Positions 28,321 through 40,032 of a DNA stretch of 64,000 nt are shown in pieces. The notes below the pieces were generated by a model, which worked only from the letters and a program-made list of their open reading frames with translations, ran no database searches and had not been told where the DNA came from. The translations under genes were made by a program, and so were the position numbers. Position 1 is the stretch's first letter, and each line of letters opens with the position of its first letter. The DNA lies in the NCBI GenBank assembly GCA_016928995.1, contig JAFGJS010000030.1:37776-101775 (forward strand), written 5' to 3'. The DNA comes from Candidatus Sumerlaeota bacterium. GTDB taxonomy: Bacteria > Sumerlaeota > Sumerlaeia > JAFGJS01.

Positions 28321-29490
28321 TTACGTATGGTCTGAAAAAAAGTGTTCGCATGCGGCCAGGATGCGCCCGGTGGCTTTGCCGTCGCCGTAGGGATTGACCG
28401 CGTTGGCCATGGTTTGATACGCCGCTTCGTCCGTGAGCAGCGTGGAGACGGCGTCCATGATCGCCTGTTTGTCCGTGCCGGTCAGCCGCACCGTGCCCAT
28501 TTCCACGGCTTCGGGGCGCTCGGTGGTGTCGCGCATGACGAGCACGGGTTTGCCGAGGCTGGGCGCCTCTTCCTGCACGCCGCCGGAGTCGGTCAGGATC
28601 ACCGTGGCGCGATTCATCATGGCGATGAACTCGAGATAGGGGAGCGGTTCGATCAGGTGGATGTTGGTGGATTCCGCTGTATGCAGGATGCGCTCCACGG
28701 GTTCGCGCACATTCGGATTGAGGTGCACCGGATAGACGAAATGCACATCGGCAAAACGGTTCGATAATTCGGCGATGGCGCGGCAGATGTTCTCGAAGCC
28801 TTCACCGAAGTTTTCGCGCCGGTGGCCGGTGATGAGCACGACGCGCGGGTCTTGATCGTCGGTTGACGCGGGTTGCAGCGCCTGAGGTAGTGCGGCGATG
28901 GCGGGCGGAGCGGAGCGGATTTTGTCCACCGTGAGGTAAAGGGCGTCGATTACGGTGTTGCCGGTGACCCAAATCTGATTTTCCGCCACGCCTTCACGCA
29001 GCAGATTGCGCTTCGCGGTTTCCGTCGGCGCAAAATGCAGGTTAGTGAGTCTGCTGCAGAGCACGCGATTCATCTCTTCTGGATAAGGGGAGCGCAGATT
29101 GCCGGTGCGCAGTCCGGCCTCGACATGACCGACGGGAACGTTGCGGTAAAACGCGGCTAGCGCGCCGCACAGCACGGTCGTGGTGTCGCCTTGCACCAGC
29201 GCCAGGTCAGGGTATTCGCGGTCCAGATAGGCGTCGATCGCCTCGATGGCCCGGGAAGCGAATCCGGCCAGCGTCTGATCGGGCTGCATCAGTTCCAGAT
29301 CGCAATCGGGCTGGATGCCGAAGACTTGCAGCACCTGATCCAGCATCTCGCGATGCTGGCCCGTGACGCAGATTTGAGGCTGAATCGTAGGATGGTTTTT
29401 CAACGCCAGGATGATGGGCGCGAGTTTGATCGCTTCGGGACGCGTGCCGAAGATGAATGAAATTTTTTTCAACAGCGCTGGCTCCTGCAT
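28321..29490 (-). CDS. wecB: UDP-GlcNAc 2-epimerase (non-hydrolysing)
   Basis: FGTRPEAIK, TGQHREM, GHVEAGLR, HRRENFG, TDSGGVQEEAP and NPYGDG motifs. Confidence 0.95.
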   Translation of the reverse strand: MQEPALLKKISFIFGTRPEAIKLAPIILALKNHPTIQPQICVTGQHREMLDQVLQVFGIQPDCDLELMQPDQTLAGFASRAIEAIDAYLDREYPDLALVQGDTTTVLCGALAAFYRNVPVGHVEAGLRTGNLRSPYPEEMNRVLCSRLTNLHFAPTETAKRNLLREGVAENQIWVTGNTVIDALYLTVDKIRSAPPAIAALPQALQPASTDDQDPRVVLITGHRRENFGEGFENICRAIAELSNRFADVHFVYPVHLNPNVREPVERILHTAESTNIHLIEPLPYLEFIAMMNRATVILTDSGGVQEEAPSLGKPVLVMRDTTERPEAVEMGTVRLTGTDKQAIMDAVSTLLTDEAAYQTMANAVNPYGDGKATGRILAACEHFFSDHT

Positions 29491-29611
29491 TCATGGTCAA
29501 GAGCATGCTCCGGCAGGGCTGAGCTAGAATCAAGCGGAATCAATCCCGCTTTATCGCGTGGGTGCATGTCTTCATCCAGGCAGTGGTTATTGTATATTCC
29601 GCTGATCGTTG

Positions 29612-29817
29612 ACGGCTGTCATGATTTTTGCGGGGCAAAAATCCCGCCAGCTTGAGTTGTTTTGTCCGTCTACCCAGGGCGGCGCTCACGGCCGCAAGCG
29701 GAAAACCAAACCGACAACTGCATTGCGAAACGCTCCGCAGGAGCCTTTCGCTGCTCTGCCCTGGACTACGATCTTGAGCGCTTTCAGCGCTAATAAGGAG
29801 CCATGATTAGAAGAGAT
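29612..29817. repeat. Structured REP/MITE-like dispersed element, copy 2 (inverted, with an internal insertion)
   Basis: Reverse complement matches 4162-4320, with about 47 extra nt in the middle. Confidence 0.85.
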
Positions 29818-29871
29818 ATGATCTTCGCGCATGCTGTCAGAATGAAGAAATGTACCTGATCGCATCATGGA

Positions 29872-31932
<2,061 letters not shown>

Positions 31933-32017
31933 TCAGAATTGCATGCGTTGTGTTCTGCGTTTTCAATGCGCAAGGCGCAATTGACAATTCGCAATGTGGC
32001 TATTTCTTGGTGGATCG

Positions 32018-32797
32018 TCAGCTGCCGTAGGTGAGGCGGGTGGCCAGCACCTCGGGCAATCCCTGTTCGAGGATTCGGCTCTGGGCGGCGTCGATGTCGT
32101 ACGGCACGCGGACCAGTTCCAGCCGTTTCGTGTTGCGGTCGTATAGCGCGAAGCAGGACTCCGGATTATGGTCGCGCGGCTGGCCTACGCTGCCGACGTT
32201 CACCAGGTAGCGGTATTGCTCTTGGATCTCGATCTGCGGCTCTTCGGGGCACATCAGTTTGCCGTCGCGGTTCTCGATGATGAACGGCTGATGGGAATGC
32301 CCGATGCAGCAGATGCGCTCCTTGAAATGTTCGAAGTTCAGGTGCGCGTCCGGGATGCTGAGGATGTAATTCCACTCTTCTGGATTGCGCGGCGAGGCGT
32401 GGACGAGGAAGACGTCCTCCAGCGAGATTTCCATCGGCCGGCTGCGCAGGAAGTCCTGATTTTCTTTGGAGAGCTCGTTTTGCGTCCAGCGGATGGCCTG
32501 CTTGGCGACGGCGTTGAAGTTTGTGATGTCCAGCTCGCCCAGCGCGGCCTGGTCGTGGTTGCCCAGCACGCAGGGAACCTTTTTTTCGCGCAGGATGGTG
32601 ACGCATTCATTGGGATGACCGCCGTAGCCGACGATGTCGCCCAGGCAGTAGACTTGATCGACTTTGAGCTCTTCGATGCGCTGCAGCACGGCTTGCAGCG
32701 CGGGCAGGTTGGCGTGTATATCCGAGATGACCGCGATGCGCGGAGGCCTGTCCGGCCTCGTTTCATAGCGCATGGTTACATCGATTTTATTTGTCAT
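32018..32797 (-). CDS. Metallophosphoesterase (calcineurin-like)
   Basis: SDIHAN, LGDIVGYG, GNHD, GHSH and NVGSVGQPRD motifs. Confidence 0.92.
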   Translation of the reverse strand: MTNKIDVTMRYETRPDRPPRIAVISDIHANLPALQAVLQRIEELKVDQVYCLGDIVGYGGHPNECVTILREKKVPCVLGNHDQAALGELDITNFNAVAKQAIRWTQNELSKENQDFLRSRPMEISLEDVFLVHASPRNPEEWNYILSIPDAHLNFEHFKERICCIGHSHQPFIIENRDGKLMCPEEPQIEIQEQYRYLVNVGSVGQPRDHNPESCFALYDRNTKRLELVRVPYDIDAAQSRILEQGLPEVLATRLTYGS

Positions 32798-34442
32798 AAT
32801 CTTTGCCTGTCAATTGCTTGAGCCGCTTGAGGGCCTCTTTACGGATGGCCGGACTGGCGTTTTTCAGCGCGCGTTCCCAGAGTTTGATCTCCTTTTGTGC
32901 ATCGGCGTCATCCGCGGCCGGGGCTTCTTCAGCCGGCTCTTCATCGGCTTCTTCTTCCACAGGCGCGGCTTCCTCTGGCTCGCTGCTGGCTTCGTCTTCG
33001 GCGGCTTCCAGTTCTTCCTCGGCCTCTTCTTCGGGCGGCGCGGCTTCGATTTCTTCAACAGCTTCGTCGAGTTCGGCTTCCGCTTCCGCGGCTTCCGCCT
33101 CCGGTAGGGCTTCTTCTTCCTCGTCGTCGGCGCTTTCCTTGACGATTTGCTTGACGACATCGGCGACGTCGAGTTCCGAGTCGAGTTCGAGAACGTTCAA
33201 GTCGCTGTTGGAGGAATGCGAGAAGACTTCAACTCCATCCGGCGGCGCGGTTTTGCCCGGTTGCGCGGCTTCGGGTTCCGGCTGGTCCTTTTGCTCTTCT
33301 TCCGGGGCCGCTTCGACTTCGGCCGCGGCCTCGCGCGGAATCGAAAGCATATTGGCTGTGGTGTAGACGTAATCCGCGTTTTCCACGAAAACGGCGATGA
33401 ATTGATCTTCACTGTTAGGCAATTCAACGGCTTGCGGCGCTGGCTCCGCTTCCGGTTCGGGCTCCTCGGGCGCGGCCTCCGCTTCGGCGGGCGATTCCGC
33501 ATCGATAAAGGCGTCCGGCTCTTCCCGGAATTCAACGACGCCTTCGCTGGGCGTCGCATCTTCCATCGAGACCAGTTCGGCTTCATCGTCGCCGTCATAG
33601 GCCAGGGTCTCTTTGGCTCCAGATGGGATCTCCCGGTCCAGCACGGGTTCGTGCACGAAGTGAAGCCGGCATGATCCGATCTGGATCACATCGTTATGCA
33701 GCAACTCGCGCTCGCCGTCCTCTTCCTTCAGCGGTTCGCCGTTGACCAGCGTTCCGCGCCAGCTGCCCAGATCCTTAATGATAAACTGATCGTCCGTGCG
33801 TCCGATCATCGCATGCTGCTTGGAGGCGAAGATATCCGGCAGCACGATGTCGTTCGATTTGGCCTTGCCGATGGCGGTCTCCGCTTTGCTGATCTGATAT
33901 TGCCAGTTGTTTTTGCCTTTGCTGATGCGCAGCACGGGGACGAACGGTTTGCCTGGTTCGACGGGCGGGGCGGGCTGGATGTCGGAGTAATCGAGTTTCG
34001 CTTGCGGCGGCGGCGGAATTTCCCCGGAGCCTTCCGGCTCTTCCGGCGCCTCGGCCTCAGCCTCGGCCTCTGGGGCGGAATCCATGGCGCTCGATTTCGG
34101 CGCCGTCGCGTCGTCCAGTATTTCCACGGACGACGTGATCGTGTCGTCTTCCATGAGTTCCGGGACGGTGAATCTGAACTCCACGCGCCCCACGGAGATC
34201 ACGTCGCCTTCGCTGAGCTCCGTTTTGGTCACGCGCTCGCCGTTGACGAGCGTGCCGTTGGAACTGTTCAGGTCGGTCAGAATATACTTGCCGCCCTCGA
34301 CGCGGATGCGCGCATGGCTACGTGAGACGTTCAGGTTTTCAATGACGATATCGTTATCGCGGGAGCGGCCGATCGTAATGACATCCTGTTCCAGGACGTA
34401 TTCCTTGTGGTCGCTTTCGCAGATCAATGCAATTGGCGCCAT
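32787..34442 (-). CDS. Double-FHA domain protein with a long acidic region
   Basis: IGR..VSRSHA..DLNSSNGT and IGK..ASKQHA..DLGSWRGT; Glu/Ala/Pro-rich tail. Confidence 0.88.
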   Translation of the reverse strand: MAPIALICESDHKEYVLEQDVITIGRSRDNDIVIENLNVSRSHARIRVEGGKYILTDLNSSNGTLVNGERVTKTELSEGDVISVGRVEFRFTVPELMEDDTITSSVEILDDATAPKSSAMDSAPEAEAEAEAPEEPEGSGEIPPPPQAKLDYSDIQPAPPVEPGKPFVPVLRISKGKNNWQYQISKAETAIGKAKSNDIVLPDIFASKQHAMIGRTDDQFIIKDLGSWRGTLVNGEPLKEEDGERELLHNDVIQIGSCRLHFVHEPVLDREIPSGAKETLAYDGDDEAELVSMEDATPSEGVVEFREEPDAFIDAESPAEAEAAPEEPEPEAEPAPQAVELPNSEDQFIAVFVENADYVYTTANMLSIPREAAAEVEAAPEEEQKDQPEPEAAQPGKTAPPDGVEVFSHSSNSDLNVLELDSELDVADVVKQIVKESADDEEEEALPEAEAAEAEAELDEAVEEIEAAPPEEEAEEELEAAEDEASSEPEEAAPVEEEADEEPAEEAPAADDADAQKEIKLWERALKNASPAIRKEALKRLKQLTGKDYDK

Positions 34443-34725
34443 ACCATTACCCACCCTCATCGCATGTGTGTCGCATGTTCTCCCGGCGGCTAATTCGCCC
34501 TTCGACCGAACCGCAGGATACATTCGCGAAGCTTGGCTGAATGCAACTTATCGGATTGAACATCCGTTGGTCAAAGAAAATTGTCGCATTCCGTGTGTTG
34601 CGCACATGGTTTTTTTCAGGGCGAATATTCAGGGTTTTGATCCGTCCTTGCCAGTAAAATCGGAGCGCGCGGGCCGCTTTTCCGCGGCGGCCGCGCGCTG
34701 CGCCTGCTTTTTTCCGGCCGATCCC

Positions 34726-35925
34726 TTATTCAGAGATATAGTCCAGCATGCTGAAATAGGGCATGAACAGCGCGAATGCGATGAACAGCACAACGACTCC
34801 CATGATCAGGATCAGAGCCACTTCGATCAAGCTTTGAATGATGGGAATGGCGGCTTCCACCTCGTCGTCGCAGTTGTCCGCGATGTTCAGCAGCATCGTA
34901 TCCAGCGTGCCGGATTCCTCGCCGACAGAGATCATGTCCGTGATCACCGGAGGAAACATCACTGTCTCGTCGCGCAGCGGCGTTTCGAATTTCCCGCCGC
35001 TTTCCAGGCTCTGTCCCACGCGGCGAAGGGCTTTGCTCATGCGCGGGCTCTCGGAGGAATCCGCCGTGACTCGCAGCGCCTCCATGAGCGGAATGCCGGC
35101 GGCCAGCAGGCTGCCCAGCGAACGCATGGTGCGGGAGAGGGCGATGTTGACGGATAGATTACGAAGCCGCGGGATAGTGAGCAGGGCCGATTCCAGTGTG
35201 CGGCGGCCCATGTTGCTGCGAAGATAGAAGAATCCGCCGAGCAGAACCGCGGCGATGGCGCCGATGACGCCTAGCCAATATTGCTCGAAGAATGCGCTAA
35301 TGGTCATCAGCGCAGCCGTGGCTGTGCTGACGTGAGCTTCAGCGGGCAGCTCAGCGGTGAACGCGGGAACGGCCTTGCCCAGCAGCACCGCGATGACGAT
35401 GGCCATCATGGTGAAGACGAAAACGGGATAGATCGAGATTGCCATGACCTTGCGACGCATGTTCAATTTGCTCTCCAGCACTTCGGTCAGACGCGCCAGG
35501 GCGCTCTCCAGAATCCCGCCTTTTTCGCCGATGCGCACGATGTTGACGAAGAGATTGTTGAACACCTTCGGGTGCTTCTCCAGCGAGTCGGCGAGGTTGC
35601 TGCCGGAGTCGATGGCGACGGCGATCTCTTTGACGATTTCGCGCAATTTGGGATGTTGTGTGCGCTCGGCCAGGATCTGCAGCGAGCGTTGCAACGGTAT
35701 GCCCACGTTGAGCAGCGTCGAAAGTTGCCGGCAGAAGATCGACGTTTGCTTCAGGCCCGGTCCGCCGATGACGATGCCTTTGCCCGGCGCCGCCGCGCGG
35801 GACGCCGGGGCGGGAGCAGGAGCCGCGGCTGCGGCCGGCTCCTGGGTCTCGCCTTCGGTCTTGGCGGCTTGGCGCTCGCGGATGGCGTCCCGCAGCGAGC
35901 GTTTCTCATGGGTGTCTGGAGACAT
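34726..35925 (-). CDS. Type II secretion F / PilC platform protein
   Basis: FCRQLSTLLNVGIP, GEKGGIL, YP and VGEESGTLD motifs. Confidence 0.92.
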   Translation of the reverse strand: MSPDTHEKRSLRDAIRERQAAKTEGETQEPAAAAAPAPAPASRAAAPGKGIVIGGPGLKQTSIFCRQLSTLLNVGIPLQRSLQILAERTQHPKLREIVKEIAVAIDSGSNLADSLEKHPKVFNNLFVNIVRIGEKGGILESALARLTEVLESKLNMRRKVMAISIYPVFVFTMMAIVIAVLLGKAVPAFTAELPAEAHVSTATAALMTISAFFEQYWLGVIGAIAAVLLGGFFYLRSNMGRRTLESALLTIPRLRNLSVNIALSRTMRSLGSLLAAGIPLMEALRVTADSSESPRMSKALRRVGQSLESGGKFETPLRDETVMFPPVITDMISVGEESGTLDTMLLNIADNCDDEVEAAIPIIQSLIEVALILIMGVVVLFIAFALFMPYFSMLDYISE

Positions 35926-35953
35926 GGATCCACTCCTTATGGCAGCATTTGAT

Positions 35954-36048
35954 AGTATTCAGTGTTCAGAGTTGAGTGTTCAGAATTGATGTTTGGAAAA
36001 TCCAAACGAGCTCGGTCATCCTGAACACTGAACACTCAGCTCTGAACG
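35954..36048. repeat. Inverted pair of heptamer tandem arrays (TGTTCAG / CTGAACA)
   Basis: agtattc agtgttc agagttg agtgttc agaattg ... ctgaaca ctgaaca ctcagct ctgaacg; inner hairpin gtttgga-aaa-tccaaac. Confidence 0.85.
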
Positions 36049-36057
36049 CACATTTCG

Positions 36058-38283
36058 CTATTCGTTCATCAGCACACTGCTGATGATTTCCTCCGCTGTG
36101 GTCAGCCCGGCCTTGATCTTCAAGATCGCATTTTCGCGCAAGGTCATCATGCCGTCCGCCACGGCGGCTTCCAAAATCGCCGACTCGGGGGCGTTATCGC
36201 TGATCAGATTGCGCAGTTTCGCGTTGATCACCATCACTTCATAGATGCCCACACGGCCGTGTTTGCCCGTGCCCCAGCAAGCGTCGCAGCCCTTGCCCTC
36301 GTAAAATTTTGGCTTGGATTCGGGCGGCAGGCCCAGTTCCGCCAGCATGGTCTTGGTGACGCGTTGCGGCGTCTTGCACTCCTGGCAGATCAGGCGCACG
36401 AGCCGTTGGGAGATGATTCCCGCCACCGAGGTGGAAATCAGGAAATGCGGCACGCCCATGTGGCCCAGCGATGAAATGGCGCTGGGTCCGGTGTTGGAAT
36501 GCAACGTGCTGAAAACCAGGTGGCCGGTGAGCGCGGCGCGCATGGCCACTTGCGCCGTTTCAGGATCGCGAATCTCTCCGACCATGATTACGTCCGGATC
36601 TTGCCGCAGGATTGAACGCAGTCCGCTGGCGAACGACACGTTCGCCCTGAAGTTCACCGGCACCTGGTTCACGCCGGGAAGCTGGTACTCCACGGGATCC
36701 TCGATCGTGACCAGATTGCGGTTCTCGTTGTTGATCAAATTCAGCGCGGTGTAGAGCGTGGTTGTTTTGCCCGAGCCGGTCGGACCGACGGTCAGGATGC
36801 AGCCGTAAGTGCGCTGCAGGAGCTTGCGCAGGGCGTCCTGTTGATTCTGCTCAAGCCCCAGGTCCGTGAGGCCGGCGACGACGGTCTGATTGCGCAGGGC
36901 GCGGATGACGATTTTCTCGCCCAGCATGCAGGGGAGCGTGGAGACGCGGAAGTCGTATTTGCTGCGTTCGCCCTGCAGGCTGAAGTTTCCATCCTGCGGA
37001 CGCCGCCGTTCCGTCACGTCCATGTTCGCCATCACCTTGACGCGCGAGATGATCTCGGCCATGATGCTGCGCGGGAGATCGCTGATCTTATGCAGCACGC
37101 CGTCGATGCGATAGCGCACGCGCAAGGCTTCCTGCGTCGGCTCCATGTGAATGTCCGTCGCGTTGGCCCTCATGGCGTCTTCGATGATCTTCGAAACCAG
37201 CTGCACAGTGGTCATGCTGTCCACTGCGCTCTCTTCATCGGCGTCAGCCGCCGCATGGAATCCCTGTCCCGCGCTCATTTTTCCACTCGCTATCTCCGCC
37301 TTTTCCTTTGCGGCTGTATTGGCGCGCAGGCTTGCTTCGCGCACGCTATAGACTTGGTTGATGCAGTCGATGATTTTATTCTGCGGCGCGCCGGACATGC
37401 GCACGGGGCGGCAGGTAAGCAGCGAGAGCGTGTCCGCCAGGCTGAAATTCAACGGATCGGCCACGGCGATATGCAGATACTCAGGGCGGTATTCCAACGG
37501 CAGGAAAGTTTCCCGCCGGACGCAGCCAGTGGGGAACAGCGCGGACGCGTCGTCCGAGACCATCTCTGGTTTCAGCGACAAGGTGGGCAGTTCAAGCGGC
37601 TCGCTCAGCAGTTCGACGAACTTGCCTTCCGTTATTTTGCCCCGCTGAAACAGCGCTTCGCAGAAGTACTGGTGCGCGTCGATGGCCTCCTGCAGAATCT
37701 CGTCGAACAGCGCCTCTTCCACGATCTCATTGAGACTGAAGATGCGCCGGATCTGATTCATCCGATTGTCGTCGTAATACGGATGCTCCGAGTTTCGCGC
37801 GGCCGCGCTGATTATGTTAGCATCGAGACGGCGGCGCTCGAACAGATCGCAATACAGGTCGTCCTGATCTTCGTTTTTGAATTTTTTCAACGCAGCTTTC
37901 AGCTCATCCTTCAATGCCGGCTTCAGCTCGATCAGGACGCCCAGAAACGTCTCGGCCGGCGTCTGATTGAGCCGCAGGATATACAGCATCTCGTCATCCT
38001 GCAGGTTGACCGGCTGCAAACCGTCAGTCCGGTTGGCGCCGGTTTTTTTGTCCTTGCGGCTGCGGAAGGGATTAATGTCCTGATTGGCGATTTCGAGCAG
38101 CGTGTCGCGCGAAACCTGGGCCAGTTCCTTGAACGCCGAGGTGGAGACGTCGCTTTTCATGATATCGATCAGCGATTTGCCATCATAGGCGCGCATCGAT
38201 GATTGCAGCCGCTCATGGAGAGCGTCGGTCAGGATGCCCATCTCGCGACACAGGTTGATCAGGCGGTAAGGTTGCACTTTCAT
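36058..38283 (-). CDS. GspE/PilB secretion ATPase
   Basis: GPTGSGKTT, TIEDPVE, LRQDPDVIMVGEIRD, STLH and CQEC..CDAC motifs. Confidence 0.95.
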   Translation of the reverse strand: MKVQPYRLINLCREMGILTDALHERLQSSMRAYDGKSLIDIMKSDVSTSAFKELAQVSRDTLLEIANQDINPFRSRKDKKTGANRTDGLQPVNLQDDEMLYILRLNQTPAETFLGVLIELKPALKDELKAALKKFKNEDQDDLYCDLFERRRLDANIISAAARNSEHPYYDDNRMNQIRRIFSLNEIVEEALFDEILQEAIDAHQYFCEALFQRGKITEGKFVELLSEPLELPTLSLKPEMVSDDASALFPTGCVRRETFLPLEYRPEYLHIAVADPLNFSLADTLSLLTCRPVRMSGAPQNKIIDCINQVYSVREASLRANTAAKEKAEIASGKMSAGQGFHAAADADEESAVDSMTTVQLVSKIIEDAMRANATDIHMEPTQEALRVRYRIDGVLHKISDLPRSIMAEIISRVKVMANMDVTERRRPQDGNFSLQGERSKYDFRVSTLPCMLGEKIVIRALRNQTVVAGLTDLGLEQNQQDALRKLLQRTYGCILTVGPTGSGKTTTLYTALNLINNENRNLVTIEDPVEYQLPGVNQVPVNFRANVSFASGLRSILRQDPDVIMVGEIRDPETAQVAMRAALTGHLVFSTLHSNTGPSAISSLGHMGVPHFLISTSVAGIISQRLVRLICQECKTPQRVTKTMLAELGLPPESKPKFYEGKGCDACWGTGKHGRVGIYEVMVINAKLRNLISDNAPESAILEAAVADGMMTLRENAILKIKAGLTTAEEIISSVLMNE

Positions 38284-38287
38284 GGGC

Positions 38288-38782
38288 TTAGCTTCCTATC
38301 AGGGGCAACGGCGCCCGGTCCGGATTGTTGGGATTCCACAGCCACTGTGTGATTTTGTCCGACGGCGGCAATTCATCCAAAGTCTTCATCTGCGCTTCGG
38401 GCTTGCCCCGGAAAAGACGCAATTCAACCAACCAGTCTCCTTCGCTGGGCTGCACGCCATTTGCCGCGTAGCGCGCGTCGCCGGTCTCGATTTCTTCCTT
38501 AATGACCACGATGAAGGAGGCGCCCAGCGCGGTGTTGCTCAGGTCCATCTGGACAATCAGCCATTGAGCGGCTTCCAGATTTTTCAGGTTGGCCGGCAAC
38601 AGCGCCGCTTGCATCAGCATGCGCTCCTGGATCCGGCGCTCCACGTTGGCTGTGTTGCGATAGCTCATTTGCCACGCCGCGCTGGCCGAAGTGGCCACGA
38701 TCACCAGGATCGCCAGCACGCCCAGCGCAACCATCAGGATAAAGCCGGAGCGGCGTCGTTGGATGGTGTGTTTGCATATCAT
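38288..38782 (-). CDS. Minor pilin/pseudopilin (PilX/GspK-like)
   Basis: RRRSG|FILMVALGVLAILV prepilin site lacking Glu5. Confidence 0.6.
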   Translation of the reverse strand: MICKHTIQRRRSGFILMVALGVLAILVIVATSASAAWQMSYRNTANVERRIQERMLMQAALLPANLKNLEAAQWLIVQMDLSNTALGASFIVVIKEEIETGDARYAANGVQPSEGDWLVELRLFRGKPEAQMKTLDELPPSDKITQWLWNPNNPDRAPLPLIGS

Positions 38783-39384
38783 GGCAGCGCAACCCCCGAG
38801 TTGAGGATCACCGGCCGCGTCATGACCTTGGCGCGGTCCTGGACCGTGACGCGATAGCGCACGAAGCGCGGCCGCTGGTTTTCCGGATACTGCTCTTGAA
38901 TCTGCGGTTCGATGTTTTCATCGAACGCATCGGCGAAAAAGAACTCGACGTCGGAGTTATACAGGTCGGATTGCCCTCCGGCCATTTGCTCGCGGGATCC
39001 GTATTTTGCGGCGACGGCGCGCGACTCGCCGTCGTCCGAGGTAGGCTTGTTTTCAATCACGACGAGTTGCCAGGGTGCGTCCGCCGAGGCTCCTGCGCGA
39101 GAATAAAGGGCGATGCGCCGGTTGCGGAATTTTTCTTCGGTTCCGGCGGGCTTTTCCACGCCATACGCGGCCGGGTTCAGGGATTGGCTCAGCGCGGCGC
39201 TGATCGTGTTGGAGATCATCAGCGCTTCATCCAGGGCGTGAGCTTGCAATATCTGGCGGCGGGCGACTTTGTCCGTTTGATCGTAGCAAGTCCAGATCAT
39301 GCCCAGCACGGCCGCGCCGACGGCCGCGCAGATCGTGGTTTCAATCATCGTCATACCGAGTCTGCGGGAATGGCGTCGCATCAT
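38779..39384 (-). CDS. Minor pilin/pseudopilin (PilW/GspJ-like)
   Basis: RRLG|MTMIET prepilin motif; ATGA overlaps with both neighbours. Confidence 0.65.
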   Translation of the reverse strand: MMRRHSRRLGMTMIETTICAAVGAAVLGMIWTCYDQTDKVARRQILQAHALDEALMISNTISAALSQSLNPAAYGVEKPAGTEEKFRNRRIALYSRAGASADAPWQLVVIENKPTSDDGESRAVAAKYGSREQMAGGQSDLYNSDVEFFFADAFDENIEPQIQEQYPENQRPRFVRYRVTVQDRAKVMTRPVILNSGVALP

Positions 39385-39845
39385 GCCCCTCCCTTCGCGC
39401 CGACCTGCCCGGCGATTTCCATGGAATCCCACAGATCCCCGGCTTCATCGGGTTTCAGCCGGTTTTTGCGGAAAAACACCCGGATGTGATATTCCACGAC
39501 GCTGCCGGAATGATTCAGTTCCGCGCGCCAGGAGTAGTTGGGATCGGCTTGAAACGGCTTGGTGGCGGAGGCCGCGGGCAGTTGAGCCGCTTGCTGGCCC
39601 TGCATGGCGGCGAGCAAGGCGTCATAGCCGGCGGCTTCAAATTCGGCGGCTTTCATGCGGGCCAGTTCCACGGCGATGGCGCGATTGACGGCGCGCTGGT
39701 TCGCCGCGAAGTTGGTGCGCAGGATATTCATTGAGCCGTAGATGCCGAACGTCAGCACCAGCATGGCAAAGAGAATTTCGAGAAAACTAAGACCCGCGCG
39801 GCGAGAGCGCGGAGACAAGGACGGTCCAGAACGTCTTGGCAGCAT
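39381..39845 (-). CDS. Minor pilin/pseudopilin (PilV/GspI-like)
   Basis: RRAG|LSFLEILFAMLVL prepilin motif. Confidence 0.7.
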   Translation of the reverse strand: MLPRRSGPSLSPRSRRAGLSFLEILFAMLVLTFGIYGSMNILRTNFAANQRAVNRAIAVELARMKAAEFEAAGYDALLAAMQGQQAAQLPAASATKPFQADPNYSWRAELNHSGSVVEYHIRVFFRKNRLKPDEAGDLWDSMEIAGQVGAKGGA

Positions 39846-40032
39846 AGCTGAACCCCTGTGGTTATGGCGAGTTGGAAGCGGATGCATGGCCTCTGCATGC
39901 ATCCGCTTCGTCATTCCGTATCGGCTGTTGAAACCAGCGAGTTAAATCCTAAATTTCAATAAACCACAAAAAACGCCGGTTTGTCCAACAATTTCATCAT
40001 GACCGCAGGTTTTGGTTTGTTTTTTATTTCGC

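Noticed and set aside
34666..34700. GC-rich hairpin after the gspF-like gene as a terminator
   Set aside because: Imperfect stem and no convincing U-tract on the coding strand.
36841..38202. Long antisense ORFs (also 4501-5646, 9892-10929, 40012-40962)
   Set aside because: Shadow frames of real genes in GC-rich DNA with no recognisable motifs.
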